A stretch of DNA of 63,941 bases, filler included, from Collodictyon triciliatum (Eukaryota), in assembly GCA_043381765.1 (NCBI GenBank). It is 7 parts of 7 records of this genome, joined end to end, with 100 filler letters (N's around TTAATTAATTAA, not from the genome) between each part and the next. Parts side by side here need not be neighbours in the genome. Positions count along the whole stretch, not along the records: positions 22,794 to 30,382 come from JBHJMP010000049.1; positions 30,483 to 36,461 come from JBHJMP010000051.1; positions 36,562 to 50,377 come from JBHJMP010000052.1; 4 more parts are not named here. The stretch is one strand, 5' to 3'. The notes below the pieces were generated by a model. It had not been told where the DNA came from, made no database searches, and saw only the letters and a list, made by a program, of their open reading frames with translations. How positions within the stretch are numbered: position 1 is the stretch's first letter; each line of letters starts with the position of its first letter. Below, piece after piece: positions 26,801 through 45,547 of the stretch. A program made the position numbers and the translations under genes.

Positions 26801-29800
26801 TTGATATCTGGAGAAGTTAATTGATTGGATGCATTTGAAGCAGATTCACTAGATTCTGATGCCTGAAAAAGAATAACTTTGCCACCCAATGAAGACTATT
26901 AAAAAAATTAAAAATAAAATAAGCGGTCATGTATCTAAAACTGGTATTTTGCTTCACTTTCTTTTATGTCATAGGATTGCTAGAATGATTTGTCATCAAA
27001 ATTGAACTGTCATAAACCATTAATCCGACGACTGATTGAAGGACCATGCCAAGATGGGATGCATCGGAATGGACATTGTTAAAATGAGATGGTAACTGGC
27101 CATTTATTTTATTTTTTGCGTAGGATATGTATTAATTACGTATTTCATGGTCCATATAAAGCGTATAAGAGCCGCGCATTGTTTAAGTAGAGGCAGACTT
27201 TAGCAGGTATACGAGAATATTGGCTACCTTTTCCAAGAAACTTATTATATATTGAATTCCAGGTTTTAATTTTATCCAATGACCAAAAGGATGTGGGAGT
27301 ACTCTAGACAAAACATCACCAACTATATAGGCAGAAACTCGGCCAGTTTTTTCCTTTTCATGAAAAATTGTGTACAGTAAATAGAAAATCGGATACATTG
27401 CAATCGCAATCAAGAGGAAAGAAAAAACACATGCAATACATAACAAAATAACTCACTGAAAAGCGAAAGTAATTTATGTGTTCTCCATATGCTATAAACC
27501 CGACGAGGATATTTTCTTCAGCCACTGTGAAAAGGAAAAGATTAAAGAAATAAAATGGTCAGTTTCTAGCTATATTTATTCGTAAGTAATAAAGACGAGA
27601 GATGACGTGCCTGTCGCATACCTTTAGAAAACTCTATTAACGAATCACGAAGGGCTATGCAAATGGATCGGTATGACCCACTTATAATAGTGGTGCAGGG
27701 TATTAGTTCCAATATATAGGCGGAATATAAAACCTGACCATTTGAATTATGAGGGTATATAAATGTGTAGCGCGCAACCTTTCAATTGACTGCTTCGAGC
27801 AGTCGATGACAAATAGGAGGTAAATATCGGTCGACTTTCGGTTGCAGTTTTCCTCTGTTGCCAAAAATTCGTAACTTCCACAACTAATTACGGAGAGAAA
27901 GAAACGGTGTTAGATAGGACAGCCCAAAAAAGAATAAACGATGAATATTGCTGAAGTGTCATCTATTCGACAAAGGAGAATAGTAAAAATATATCGTATG
28001 ATATATTCAAATCATCTACCGTAACTCGGGTCGTGCGTCTCGGTCAATTCTTTGACCATCGAGCCCGAGAGGGGAAAAATAATCTGACGGAACTAAATTT
28101 ATATTTTAACATATAAAAATGAAAAAAATGAGTAATCAGTCACTCGGTATTAATCACCTCGCATTATTCATTTCGAACGGAAATGAAATATTGTGAAAAT
28201 ATTCTTTTGACGCCAGTACTTGGAATACGTAATTCAAAATGGATAAATATATAAGTACCCTCATTAACTAAGTAACATATGTTGCATGTCCAGTTTTTGC
28301 CAGAGTCTACAAATGCACAAAATGGGTTCAAATATGCACGACACCCTCTGCAGCGAATGATGCCGCTAGATGAACTCGTAGAAAGGGGAATCTTATTGCA
28401 TTTCGTTGTAATTTTAGAATCAAATATTTGACATAAATTGAGGAAGGAAAGAAAAAACGGAAACAAACGGAAACAAACGGAAACAAAGGGACAAGAATTT
28501 GTATTGAAAGGGAAGCCCTAATGTAATCAAATATTCCAACTTACACCACCCCGTGAATGACCAGCAAAAGGACATACAATCCCGCTAAATGGAAGCTTGC
28601 ATGCTTTTGCCGCATCAATATTCGACGGGGCAGCATTGACGGACATTTGTATGAATGATCGGCTGCTTGAGTTGTGATGGATATATTGCGGCCGGTAGAC
28701 ATCGCTGTGCAAGGGCTCAGATGGAGGGCTTTGCAAAGGAGTCAACTCAATGCGAGGTCTTGGGAACGTGTCAGCATCAGAAGCGAAATTCAAGGCATAT
28801 GTTGTATCGCAGACCCCAGTAGATTCAGGTATGCTGACAAACGAATGTAAGGACGCCGAAATGGACTCTGGATTGTAGCGAATGGGTGTCTGTTTGGACT
28901 TGCGCTGAAAAAACTGAAAGGGTGAGATTTTGATGGAAGGGATGGCACCGGACGATGCAGATTGGGGGATGGAAAGTGCTTCCTTGACAAAGCTTTGGTC
29001 ATCCAAGTCTGTTGGGCTGTGCAATGGTATTTGTGCCATGCTGACTGATCTGACGATAGATTTCTCTCTGAGCCCACGCATGTGGCTTTGTGGGAGGCTC
29101 CTCTTTGTTAGTATTTCTGAGTTCAAAGTAGCTGTAGTGTCGCCTTCATTTTGGTCTGGATGCGCAGTAGTGGTCGCTGAATGTGATGGAGATGTGGGTG
29201 CAGAGCCATCAGGGGATATGCTGTCCTCATGTAGCCCATAGAAACTGCTGCTGCCTGCATAAGACAGTGGCCTTGTGAAGAGAAGGACACTTGGGTTGGC
29301 GTGAGGTGGAAGCACCATGGACTGTGTGTTGATGAAAAGCGGCTTCTTGATGGGCTCTCGTGTTGCTGTGTTAATCGGAGACTTCGAATCCGATCCGCGA
29401 GTACCCTGGCTGGCGTTGGACTCATCCTCGGAGCTGACCATGTCGACCGGGCTTTTGCTTGTTGATCTAGGCGCGTTGCTCGTGGATATTTGCTGTAAAT
29501 CGTGGGCAGTGGCTACACGCGAGAAGTAGACATAGCTGGGCAGGTGAGCGTGTGACCCATGCTGCTTTGCAAGGCCCGGTGTATCGGAGAATGACCGCGT
29601 GTGGCTCTGTATAATGGGTTTGAAACAGATTGATTCGGATGATTCGGATGATTCGGTTATTGGAATTATTGGAATTATTGGAATTATTGGAATTATTGGA
29701 GTTATTGGAATTATTGGAATTATTGGAATTATTGGAATTATTGGAATTATTGGAATTATTGGAATTATTGGAATTATTGGAATAATCGGTTTAACTCCAG

Positions 29801-30214
29801 TAAGTTGCATTGACAAACCTTAATCCCAACCCTGCGATGTTCACCTTCATCAGACTTTGGGCCAGAGGCACACGGACCGATATCGGAGATTGCCTGTGTT
29901 GATGGAGTCTGCCATTCCGCATTGTGGGGGTTGTGAGTGGGGAACACCTGCGCAGAGAGTGTATGTGTCTTTGGTGAGAAAGCAGGCTCTGAGCGGCTGT
30001 CCGGCAAGTATGACGGGTCATCACTGGTTTCGGGATCTGTGGTGAATGCTCCACACTTCTGCTCTCGTGAGAACGGTAGAATTGGCGGAATTGGAAGGAC
30101 GGGCGAGGCTGAAAGCACAGCAGGCGATTTTTGAATGGTCGGCAAAAACGTGTCGCTATCAAGGGGGATGTTAGTTCGGATACTCTGCGCAGCGGTGGCC
30201 TTGGGTTGCTGCAT
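23814..30214 (-). CDS. SEC24: Sec24-like COPII coat subunit with a long low-complexity N-terminus
   Basis: KLPFSGIVCPF; zinc finger RCRGCRAYLNPF...WTCNIC; VQVSLMY..G.RKIRVHN; C-terminal LVEDRQDSVMSYFEFLCHLNR. Stop TGA at 23814-23816. Confidence 0.9.
29659..29785. repeat. (TTGGAATTA)n 9-bp tandem repeat in predicted Sec24 intron 1
   Basis: Directly visible, between a GT donor (~29817) and a CAG acceptor (~29611) on the minus strand. Confidence 0.9.
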
Positions 30215-30482
30215 TTCGCTTCGTCCGTGGGTCCTGCAGTCTGAATGGGTGTGATTCAACTTAATTGAGTTAAAATCCTCGGTTTTTTTTTGTGTTTTTT
30301 GTGTTTTTTGTGTTTTTTGTGTTTTTTGTGTTTTTTGTGTTTTTTGTGTTTTTTGTGTTTTTTGTGTTTTTTGTGTTTTTTGNNNNNNNNNNNNNNNNNN
30401 NNNNNNNNNNNNNNNNNNNNNNNNNNTTAATTAATTAANNNNNNNNNNNNNNNNNNNNNNNNNNNNNNNNNNNNNNNNNNNN

Positions 30483-30579
<97 letters not shown>

Positions 30580-30672
30580 AGCATAAATGCTAAAATGACG
30601 AAGACTATACAGGGGTTGTGAAACTTGTCCACTAGGGTGCCAAAGACCCGGCTTAATCTTCGAAGGCACACA

Positions 30673-31782
30673 ATGGAAGCGATAGCAGAAGCAGCTGTTT
30701 GTGAGCCTAATCTTGCAGATATTGAGGCTTTATCTCCCTTTTGGAGGCCAAGCGAGCGACCACTCAAGCAATGTACATGGCTCCAACTAAGCTGTAAAAA
30801 CATTTCCGTTCTTCCCCGTTGCATCTCAGCACTTTCATTCTTAAGGGAGCTCCACGCCAATCAAGACCACATCGGAGCTTTGCCTTTCGATACATCTCCC
30901 TTGTACCTAGATGTGTTAGTAGCTCATTTATGCTTTGTGGTTCATACAATAATTGCTCTTACCACTTCATTTTATTTTATTTTGTCTGCATTTTTCATCG
31001 GGTTTTATGATTTTCATATGATTCAGGGTTTTATTTTTTTCATTATTGGTTTTTACATTTGTTCTCAATTCTGTATCATTTGTTGGTTTTAATTACCTTT
31101 TTTTTTTTTAAAAGTGTAATTTTGTCAACATGTAATCACCACAGAGCTTGGCTCTCGTGCTTACCTGAGGAAATTACGATGCTAGATGCCCTAGAAATAC
31201 TATGTTTGAATAATAACGATATATCAGATATCCCCGTTGGGATTTCAGCGCTTTCGAATATGAAAATGATTGACTTATCAGATAACAAGCTCTCTTCGCT
31301 ACCAACGGAGCTTTGTTTCCCCACTCCCTTATCTTGTCTTTGTATTCAAAAAAATTTAATATCCATTTTGCCAGCATACTTTTCGAATCTTCAATCGCTG
31401 ATTCAACTGAGTTTATATGATAACCCTGTGAGTTCGCTAATCGTTCATTTTCATATATTTGTGACCCTGGTGTTATTTTATTTTTATGTTATATTATGTT
31501 ATAAATATTAAATCGGTAAAAAATTATTATGGGCTTCTCTTATCATATTAGATTACCGAACTCCCGAAAGTTGTGACTTCTTTGACAAAACTGGACAGGC
31601 TCTTTATCGAAAGCGAACCTCATGGTTTCTTAGAGAAGCATTTTACGGGCGGAATGGTCTTTATAGAGACAGCTCCACTTGGAGTAACAAAACTGCCGTG
31701 CTGGGTTTCAAATGAGAAGCGCTGGCGTCACGGAAAAACAGTTTCAAAGACACTCCAAAGTCTCCAACTGCAAGACGATTGA
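30673..31782 (+). CDS. Small leucine-rich-repeat protein
   Basis: LxxLxLxxNxL repeats: LEILCLNNNDISDIP, MIDLSDNKLSSLP, LIQLSLYDNP. About three exons. Confidence 0.8.
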
Positions 31783-32377
31783 GATTTAAGGAAAAGCTTC
31801 ACAGAATTATCCACCACTACATTTCCAAGAGGCTCTCGAATAAGCGATAAAACGTGATGGGATTAAGTAGAGTTATGGCTGCACATTGCTGGACAAACAT
31901 GCCACCAAAGTATCCTCGACTAAAAATTATAATACCCAGAAGTTCGGATATACATTTTTATCCTACTATTTTACTTATTTTTCTCTTTCATATTCTATTT
32001 TTCTTATTCTGATTTCCTGTTTTCTACTTTCGCACATTTGGAGTGGCTTTAACACGCCTCAGACTGTGTCCCCACTGAGCGAATATATGCGTGAAATGTC
32101 CAAATAGTTCAACTATCATCGTACAATCATCCGCTTGCAAGTAATTTCATAAAGGAGCAATCGAGTTTCTCCTTCTTACGCATGGTCTATGTGAAGGAGG
32201 GAACAAAGATGAAGGAAAATGAACATGAAGTGATAGGAATAATAATAATATTGAAAAAAAAAACGAAAATATTTACAAACAGAAACATATAGATTTTGTT
32301 TAGCCATGTGCATGCTCTTTATTGGAGGCCCAAGCCAAACTTTATTGTTAATCCTTTGCCTTTAGTGATTCTCACTC

Positions 32378-36335
<3,958 letters not shown>

Positions 36336-36362
36336 TGAGAACGATTATTCAGGTTTTGTTGA

Positions 36363-36451
<89 letters not shown>

Positions 36452-37242
36452 CCACAGGCCTNNNNNNNNNNNNNNNNNNNNNNNNNNNNNNNNNNNNNNN
36501 NNNNNTTAATTAATTAANNNNNNNNNNNNNNNNNNNNNNNNNNNNNNNNNNNNNNNNNNNNTTTATTGTTTTATTGTTTTATTGTTTTATTGTTTTATTG
36601 TTTTATTGTTTTATTGTTTTATTGTTTTATTGTTTTATTGTTTTATTGTTTTATTGTTTTATTGTTTTCTTGTTTTCTTGTTTTCTTGTTTTATTTCAAA
36701 CCCAAAGTCTAGATTTGCCAGATCATCCGTCTTCGATTGGCCTCCGTGTTTCGATCTCTGAACTAAGCATACTATTCAATAAAATATAATTTATGCGGAA
36801 TTTATATAAAATGGCCTAATTATATCAAATTTGACATCTATGATGCAGTACAAGTACTGCACATCTGACCAATATATTTAACCGTCTGTTTGTTGCAGGG
36901 TCTGTATGTTTGTGTGCATGCTTGAGACATTATACCCAAAGATCGATCTATTCAATAAGCATTGACAACAAATTCCCTTTTCAAAGCGAGAAAGGCGATG
37001 TGACAAACCACAATGTGGTGGCTGCCAGCGCGAGACATAATAAAACTAGTACAAAACAACCTGTGATTTCCCCTCATCTCATCCACAATGTGTGAGAAGC
37101 CCACTGCGATGCGCCACAAGACTTGAGAGGCGGAGTTTTTCTGCCTCTCGGTTGGACAAAGGCCTGCTCCTTGCGTGGCACTGCTAGGCTTCTCCAGATA
37201 AATACCTGAGCTCCAGGGTCGCAAGACCCGGGTCAGGGCAGC

Positions 37243-37882
37243 TCATAGTACATGCACAATGCGTTCGCGCCCCAACCCTGTGTGTGTCTCCTGCGTGCGG
37301 ACATTTATTCCTTATCACACTACAGACAAGCCATAACCCACACAAACATGTTCCCTACTGACTAAGAATGCAACTTGGAAGTCATCTGGACTTGCTTACT
37401 CAGCTGTCTTCCCATCACGATCTTTTAATTTAACTCCGCGGGGATCGATGGAAGGAAGATTTAACGCATCCAAGCTATAATGGACAACGACTGTGTGAAT
37501 CCGTTTGTGCAGTCACTACTAATTATTTCTACTGCTTCCTCTAAAGATGACCGCAAAATCGAAACCAAATCGCATGGCGGGATTCAGGAAACAATCTGTT
37601 GTGCGATTGTCGATGCGGCGATGTGTAGTACAGGAATATATTATTAGTGGTTATTGATGAGATTATTCTCATTGCCTCCGAAAAGCACAACTCGCTAGAA
37701 AATGTGTGATGTAAATATAAGAGAAAGGTGAATAGGTGGAAAGACTACGGCCGAGTATTACTATAATTTTTTTTAATGTATTTGGTGCATTCTGGGTGAA
37801 ATCTTCCACCTTTTTTTCTTTTTTCGGGCTTCAACCATTTTTCGCGTTCTGGACCATACCATCCATTTGACAAGGGATGCAT
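37243..37882 (-). CDS. Small four-exon orphan protein
   Basis: Phase-consistent GT-AG splicing gives MHPLSNGWYGPEREKW...KLY|ELCFSEAMR...|VVHYSLDAL...KDRDGKTAD|VIRNKCPH...VHVL*. Confidence 0.45.
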
Positions 37883-37944
37883 TGACTACAATAGAGTAGT
37901 AATAGCAGTTTTTCTGCTAACTGTGTCGAATGCAAAGCGATCTC

Positions 37945-40571
37945 TCAAGCTGTCGGGTATTTATCGATGATATTTTGGATGAAAAGGGCCTCATCTTGCG
38001 TCTTGCGGAACACAACCTATTTTACATCAAATTATGGCATTAACTAAAATTTGCAGTAAGACAGGAATCAGTTTTAGGGGAAGAAAAAAAAAAAGCAAAA
38101 CTAAAGGAAAATGAAAATTCGTGTGAAAGAACGATCAGAATTTTATTTAAAATAACGACAACGATAATAATACTCGAAATGACATTCATGTATCCCAATG
38201 TAAATAAAACATCTACACGAATAAATCGTAGAAAAACCTTCTCATCTCGAAATGTTGAAAAAAATATTAGCAAACTATGAGATTATTGAATCCCACCTGC
38301 GGGTCATTATCTGGGCATTTCAGCAAGTTTGGAGAGAGAACAACAGCGAGATTGCGGCTATCCATTTTTGAAACTCTTTGATTGTCAGGCTGCAATCATG
38401 AAGAAAAAAAGTAAAGTATTAAATTGGTAACTTTCTTTACTATAAATGATACTCTCGTTCTTTGTTCTTGTATTTAATTTTTGCAGGATGGGAGACATTC
38501 TGGTTATGGTGTAAACGTTACTGATTCTATAAGCATTTTTGTATGTCAGTATACATGCGTCAATTGTTGAAGGAATCGAATCAAGTATATCAGTGTCGCT
38601 GCGTGATGTTTCTTGATCTCGGATACGACCTTTGAAAGGTATAATGTAAGAACGGGGTAATAGCAACATAGCATCAAGATAAGTGAGAATACAGAAACAC
38701 TCCATTTTCTTGTCAGCTCAAACCTCCTTTAACAAATTTCTTTGAAGGATTTGTTAAAAAATAATAATAATTGAATAGTCACCTGAACGCTTCTTTCAGG
38801 GTCGCGACACGCTTTGAGACAAGAATCACTATAGTCGAGATGTTCATTTTGCCGTAAATAATGGTAAATTTCCAATCCCAATAACGCAAATTATTTCTCA
38901 TTTATTGATTGAAGAACAAAAAGACATTCAAATTTGTACTAGTTTTCTGGGGGTATTGCAGGAACAACCAAGGCCCGGAAAAACTGTTTCATTAGAACAG
39001 CAAAAACGTGTGGGTCCTTTGATAAGAAATTGATTTCATGTGAAATAAGTTAATTGCAGGGAGGAAAAAAGAAAGAAAGAAAATGGATTACATTGATGAG
39101 GTCATTTAAAAAATATTAAAAATGACTATATTGCTTTATCTGTATTTCTATCTCTTCATTTGATTCAAATATCGCTTCATATGTGTTAAATACATTAACA
39201 GCAGATAAGTCGTCATTCCCCATGATCAAGCGGCTTTTGATTTCATCGATGACTTCAGTATTCGCAGCGATTCTAAAGAAATAGCTTTTACTTACATGTA
39301 AGATAAGACATATCTTTTTGGAGATAATAATGAGATAAAATATGAATACAGGCAGGGGCAAAATGCGATGGGAAATATTTTAGTAGGAGTAAAACTTCGA
39401 ACCGAAAAATCCCTTCCGTCTTGGCACCTTTAGGGGGATTATTTATTATGAGTACATACAACGTGGCGTATTATGGGTTACAAAATGATTGTATTCGACT
39501 TCAAAATAAGTATACCATTATATTTTAGAACTCCTTCTACCATTTTCACCAGAATTTTAGGAACTGCATTAGGTTTGTCTTTGTCTCCTTGGGCGTACAG
39601 TAGCTCAGTGATGGTGCAGTTGAAATAATTGGGCTTCCGTGGCAAATCCTTGTGTGCAATTATCGTTGCGCATAATTCGTGGGCAAGAACTATTTTAGAG
39701 AAAATAATGGCTTGGATATTCATGTGATTGTAAAGAAAAAAAATACAGGGCAACGGCCGACTTCTTGCAAAGTCACTACTTTCTTGTCAGAAAAGTCCTG
39801 TAACCCAAGGCGGACGTTAACAAACCTAATTAATTGTTTGTTCATTATTTATGAGAAGTACACTCCCCAGTATTTTAGGTCCACTTGGTTATGATATATA
39901 TGCTTCCTTTGGAAAGTAACACAGAATCAGCTCATGTCGCATTTAGGATTTATAAATGGAAATAAACTTATCATCGAAATTGGGTAGAGGTTATACTCTA
40001 AAAAGAAAAAAGTTGTGGGGATAAGCCTATTACACTATTTTATTGTAGGTATCTGAGATGAAAAAAATGATTTTTTTTTGTCAAAAATGAGCCTGATCTA
40101 ACCTCGCGCACCCCGAAATTCGTTCATTCGAACCAGTTGTATGTGCTTCACATATGTCTCTCAGGTGACCAATTAATTCTGATGATGGCTGGTAATATGA
40201 CAAAGCCAGTCCCATAAGCCCCCAACCCCGTACAGTACTTTCTCTACCCATATGACCATATAGCAGCCATGAGATTAAAATATATAATAGAAATTGAAAT
40301 TATGGGATGCAATCGAACAATTACTATGATTATCTAGTTTTTAATTTCTAGCTTCAAGAAACAATAAAATGAGACTCATCTTAACAATCAATGATTTATA
40401 TCAGATTATTTATAATAAGAATTATATATGAATTACTCGTCAGGATTATCTATGAGCTGTTTAGCTAACTGGCAATATATTTCATCGCGCAGCTCGATGT
40501 TTGCAAGACCAAAGTTAATCAACATTTGTCCTTCCCTATTTTTTCATGGGAAGTTACTGGGTTGATGATTT

Positions 40572-40646
<75 letters not shown>

Positions 40647-40797
40647 TTATTTTTTTTTNNNNNNNNNNNNNNNNNNNNNNNNNNNNNNNNNNNNNNNNNN
40701 NNNNNNNNNNNNNNNNNNNNNNNNNNNNNNNNNNNNNNNNNNNNNNNNNNNNNNNNNNTTAGATTAATTTAAAAAAAAAAAAGAAAAAAAAATAGAA

Positions 40798-40843
<46 letters not shown>

Positions 40844-43146
40844 AGCAGTGACAGGATTTATTTCATTATTTATACAATTGTCTAATTGTTTTGAATTTTT
40901 TTCTTATTATTTAGAATTTCACCGTTCTTTAGACTTGCATGGATAATCTCCCATAAACTTCATTATTTCTAAAAGCCGTAAATTAGGGTATGAAGTTAAG
41001 TCAGTCGCACAAAATATATATATATTGGAATCAAGAAAAAATCAAGATACAAATAATACAGAGCTTGACTGCGAACATGAACTTGGACTTAAGGCTATGT
41101 TGATAAAGGATAATTATTAATTACTTTTGAAACATTTGAGAGCTAATTTTTCAACTCCTTTACTTAATTTGAGAAGAGGAACTTCCAGCAATTCCTAATG
41201 TTTGTTTTGTTTTTACAAAAAAAAAAAAAAAAAGTACTGAATCACTATTTTATGGAGAAAAAACAATAAACATAAGATTTATACACAATTACTTTAGAAA
41301 AGGTCATCATTTGTTGAACGGACAATGTCTTTCGAAAAAGGCCTTGTTTCCTGTCCTGTATTTTTTTTTTTTTTTTTACAAAAAAATAAATGATTACCTA
41401 GGTTCATATTACTAGAAGGTAGTGTGTGATATATATGTGTCGTACCATAAAATGCTTTTTGGCGAACTCCGTTTCTTGGAATTTATTAATGTCGACCATG
41501 AGAAGTTTTGGCAACGAGCGTTGCCCTTCACTGCGTTATGTTAATTGTCATTTTTAAATGCTTTATTTTCATTCGCATCAATCTATCGTCAATAGTGAAT
41601 ATGAACAGTTTTTTCACTTTATTCGATTCAAAGTGTAACAGGGAATAGAAAATCCGAGCATGAGTTCATAAAAACTTATACAAGTCAAATGCATACATGA
41701 AAACGTTTGCCGAGTCGATGGGGCCGTTCTGTTGTTTACATGGAAACTCGTTCAATACGATTTTCATGTACATATCTCAAAATGCAGAAGAATCCTCATT
41801 GAAACAATAATATAACGGGACGCTTTCTGCAAAATAATAATAATAATAATCATCATTTCATGTGTATATAAACAATCGAACCACAGAAAGATGCCCCAGA
41901 GGAACCATTCTCGGCTGGCTTTCCGAGGCATTTGTGGGGCCAATTGTCGAACGGAAAGTAGGGTTCGATGTGCCTGGTGACCGCACTGCCTGGCTCGGAG
42001 GCAAAACAGGAGACAGATGGGATGTTGAGGCAAAATGAATTCCAGCGGATGTTTGAGGACGATTTAAGAGAGCTGATGGTCTCATGTCCCTTTCCACTGC
42101 CTCAGAGCGATCCCATGTGGTTTTACCTAATGCACGATTTACATAGTATTTGCGGCCGGACGCTTGCTCGGTAAACTCCTCCCATCCGATGGCAAGGGTG
42201 AACGGCAGTGCGCTCACAAATCCAGGCGGCGTAGGTAAAGAAGGCATGGATGTTGATACTTTCAAAGGTGGTGGAGATAGTGGCAAGGCGTTTTCAGGCA
42301 CCGGAGAAGCTGCTAATCCCTTCTTGAATGAAACAAGAAGGCCTGATGCTGGTTTTTCCCAGGTAACTTGGGCAAGAGCTTTGTTGTAGTACATGTAACG
42401 CCCTTGGCTCTGATGCAAAAGTTCAAACCATATATCGGAAGGTGCGAAATACGGATTTGTGCTGTATTGAAAACGGATTAATGAACACGAATGGCCCACT
42501 CTTCCACCATGACAACTCGGGTATTACCATCAGTAACTGCGACATTTTACCATATAATGAAAATATGCACGCTTTAATCAATGCCAAGAAAAGAGCCGAA
42601 CAAACCTCAGCTCGGTCGGTGTCTCCCATTGTGTTGACTTTGTAGAAGCGTTGTAGTAATACTGTCGCCCGCTATTGGGATCGATCAAGGTTGTCCAGTT
42701 GCTAGAGTCTGTCAAGGGTTGGACAATTTATATTCACTAAGGGTATATTTGCTGCGTGTATGCTTCATTCGTATGCGCGCATCTACCAATTCTTCAATTG
42801 ATCCGCGAGAAAAAGAGGAAAAAAAGAAAGAAAAAAAGGGAAATCATGTGCCCAAAGGCTGAGAAGAACGGAGAAATTGCAGAGGATTATCAAGGTGATA
42901 GGCATTGGCATCCACAAACTCATGGGATAGCCGCACTCGCTGGCCGGGGGTCTACTTTTCCTACTTTGCGTGTTCCTATTTATCAAAGAGAGGATGTGTT
43001 AGGCTAGAACCTAAGCAGTCGTGTTTATCTCTTGATATTTTGAAAGCTGATGGGAGGGCAGACTTCTTCGAAGTAAACATCTGCGGTGGTTGGCTTGCTT
43101 ATTTATATTCGCGCAGTTCTCGAGAACAAACCTGCAGTACTTCCAT
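37945..43146 (-). CDS. WW-MyTH4-RhoGAP protein (ARHGAP39/Vilse-like)
   Basis: Three WW domains (WTTLIDPNSGRQYYYN..TQWETP; YMYYNKALAQVTWEKP; WEEFTEQASGRKYYVN..TTWDR), MyTH4 DEIYCQLAKQL, RhoGAP EGIFRIAAN and KMDSRNLAVVLSPNL. The start is approximate. Confidence 0.85.
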
Positions 43147-44654
43147 CTTATCCCCAGAAAAAAAAGAGAGAGAGATTATGCCATATATCAATTGCGACTT
43201 TGATACGGCATGCGCACGCGGGGAAATGACATACGCGGGTGACAGCTGGCAACGCGTTTCAAAAACGTTTCGCCTTCCGTATGTGGAAGAGTGGGATCGC
43301 AGTGGTTTCCGGCTGGGACGGCCATCGGATGGCTCTTGTCTAATCCATGGCGGTGAGCCAGCAGAGTTTCATCGCGAAGACGAAGGAAGACACACACGCG
43401 ATGAGAGGCTGGGAGGAAAGGCCACGCAATTTTTTTGTTGTCTCGAAGGTTTATTCTTACTGTGCGGCCAACTACAGGGCCTTTGCACGGCAAATGCTGC
43501 CGCCAGAGTGGAGGGAGGCACAAGTTCCCCAGCGCTATGTTGCGCAACATCAAACCTGCACTCAGTATGACGACGGTGTCCTCGTGGCCGTGAATACTCG
43601 AGGTGTCCAAGGTGGGCAGAAGTGAGTCTTGGATATTGGTGGGGGGCGTACAGGGTTTGTTGCGGAGGCTGCGTCACTAAGTGTTATTGGGATATTCGGT
43701 TATGTTAGTCTGGACTAGCGTCGTTCAGACAGTCGCCGGATTCATCACCCAAAGCGCGAGGGGTGCGGCACCTGTGAGGTAAGAAGGGCAGCTGGCTTAT
43801 GGATTATCCGGTGGCTGGCCGTGGTGTTGGTGGGTGATCATGTCGTGGTTCGTCTCTGCGCAAGAGACAAGGTTGGCCCTGCATAGAACGGGCTGAGGAG
43901 TTAGCGACGGATCAAGCATGGAGAAAGTAACGTGATTGGGTAGTTTGTTTTGATCCTTTATCTTCTCTCAGTTGCCAAAGTAACAACATAAAGTACTTTT
44001 CAGACTCGTCATCAAAATTACTCATCGTCGAGGATTGAACTAAGGGGGAGAGGTTTTTGGCGAGTATGGAGTTGTGGTGTGTATTGGCTCTACCTGCATG
44101 GCTGGTGGGTTGGCTGGTCGAAAGGGCTGCTGTCATGTTCGTGGGAATTGTGCCTTGGCCTCCGTATCGTCGTTCTACTTGTCCGTTGTGCGTGGTTGAT
44201 AAGGGGCGCTGACATCGACCTTTATAATGTTGGCCACAGGGCGGAATCTCTTTCCAGCCAATAGAAGGTGCTGATGGAACCTTCGAGAATAAAGTGTTGT
44301 GTTTTATTAAATTAATAAAATGTGTATTAAACAATTATTTATCGTTAAATTAATGTAATAAGTGACAATATATAATTTTAATATAATAAGATAGTATTAT
44401 TTCCATATTTGTAAAACGAGATAAGGTTAATGAAGCGGAAGAAAAGAAAACCAAAGGTGGGCACCTAAACTAGCCAAGTGCTGGTGCCGGCAGCCGTGTT
44501 CCTGGTTCATATACACATCTCATTCTATGTAATAACCCGTAGAACCTTGTGTTGTAAATAAAAGGAATCAAAACTATATCTCTGTGCCATTTATTCTTTA
44601 TGAGTGGGATTCCACAGTTGAGGTCCCGAAAGGAGTGGGAAAGGCGTCTGGTTT

Positions 44655-45547
44655 TCACTGGAGAGAACCAAGCTGGTCTCGAATCTTCCCAAGGCCCTCC
44701 AACATCGTTTGCAGGCTTTCTTTGGTAAATTCGATTGTGTGCTTTGTCTGAGATGCCATTTGTTGCGTTGTCTTTTGCGTATCTTGGACGGTGAGTTCCA
44801 CAAAGAGAGTGGGTTGTCCCATCTGCTTCGTGGCGTCGGATGCAACCTTGGTTGATGGAATCGGTTTCATTAATAGTTTATCTTTAATTAATGGTGTAAA
44901 AATCAATGCGATTTGGAACCATATAGTTAATATGTTTTAAAAGGGGGATATTGAAAATAATGGACAGATGGTATGCAATGAGATATGTGTAAAGCGCACA
45001 AACCTTCAGATCAGCCCGCCAATCAACATCAACAAACTTCGGCAAAGATACCTGAATGTTTGTTGCTGCTTCTCTCCAGATTACCATGCGCTGCGTAAGG
45101 ATCGCAGCGATAAGCTCCTTGAGCTTTTTTTCAAAGTCAGCCGCAAAGAGACCAGTGATTTGTGTGGGGCTGGGCTGTTCACGAACAACGTGCTCGATCA
45201 AGTACTGCGCACTTGCAACAGTCTTTCATATAATGGAAGTGGGTAATATTATCAGCTTTGTACTCTGGTTCACTTCGTCAGTCTCCAGGAAAATGTTCAA
45301 AGGCTTTCTTGCTTATATTCGCCAAACTGGAAACGAGGGCAACCATCATGAGGCTGAGGGGTTGAAAGGGGTTGGAAAATAAACCTACCAGCTGGAGCTG
45401 GGCAGCATCAAGCTGTAGCGCATCGGCCAGCGTTCGAGCAACTTCTCCCTTGACGTCATTGTCATAGGCATGCAAGAAAAACTCGTCAACAAACTTCTTT
45501 GAGGGAGCCCGCAGAAGCACCGCGAGATGATCCAACGACGGCGCCAT
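44655..45547 (-). CDS. COMMD9: COMM domain-containing protein 9
   Basis: Three exons; SLPKFVDVDWRADLK|VASD and C-terminal KESLQTMLEGLGKIRDQL. Confidence 0.88.

Noticed and set aside
29611..29817. (IIP)n repeat as part of the Sec24 protein
   Set aside because: It lies between a GT donor and a CAG acceptor whose use keeps the reading frame, so it is probably intronic.
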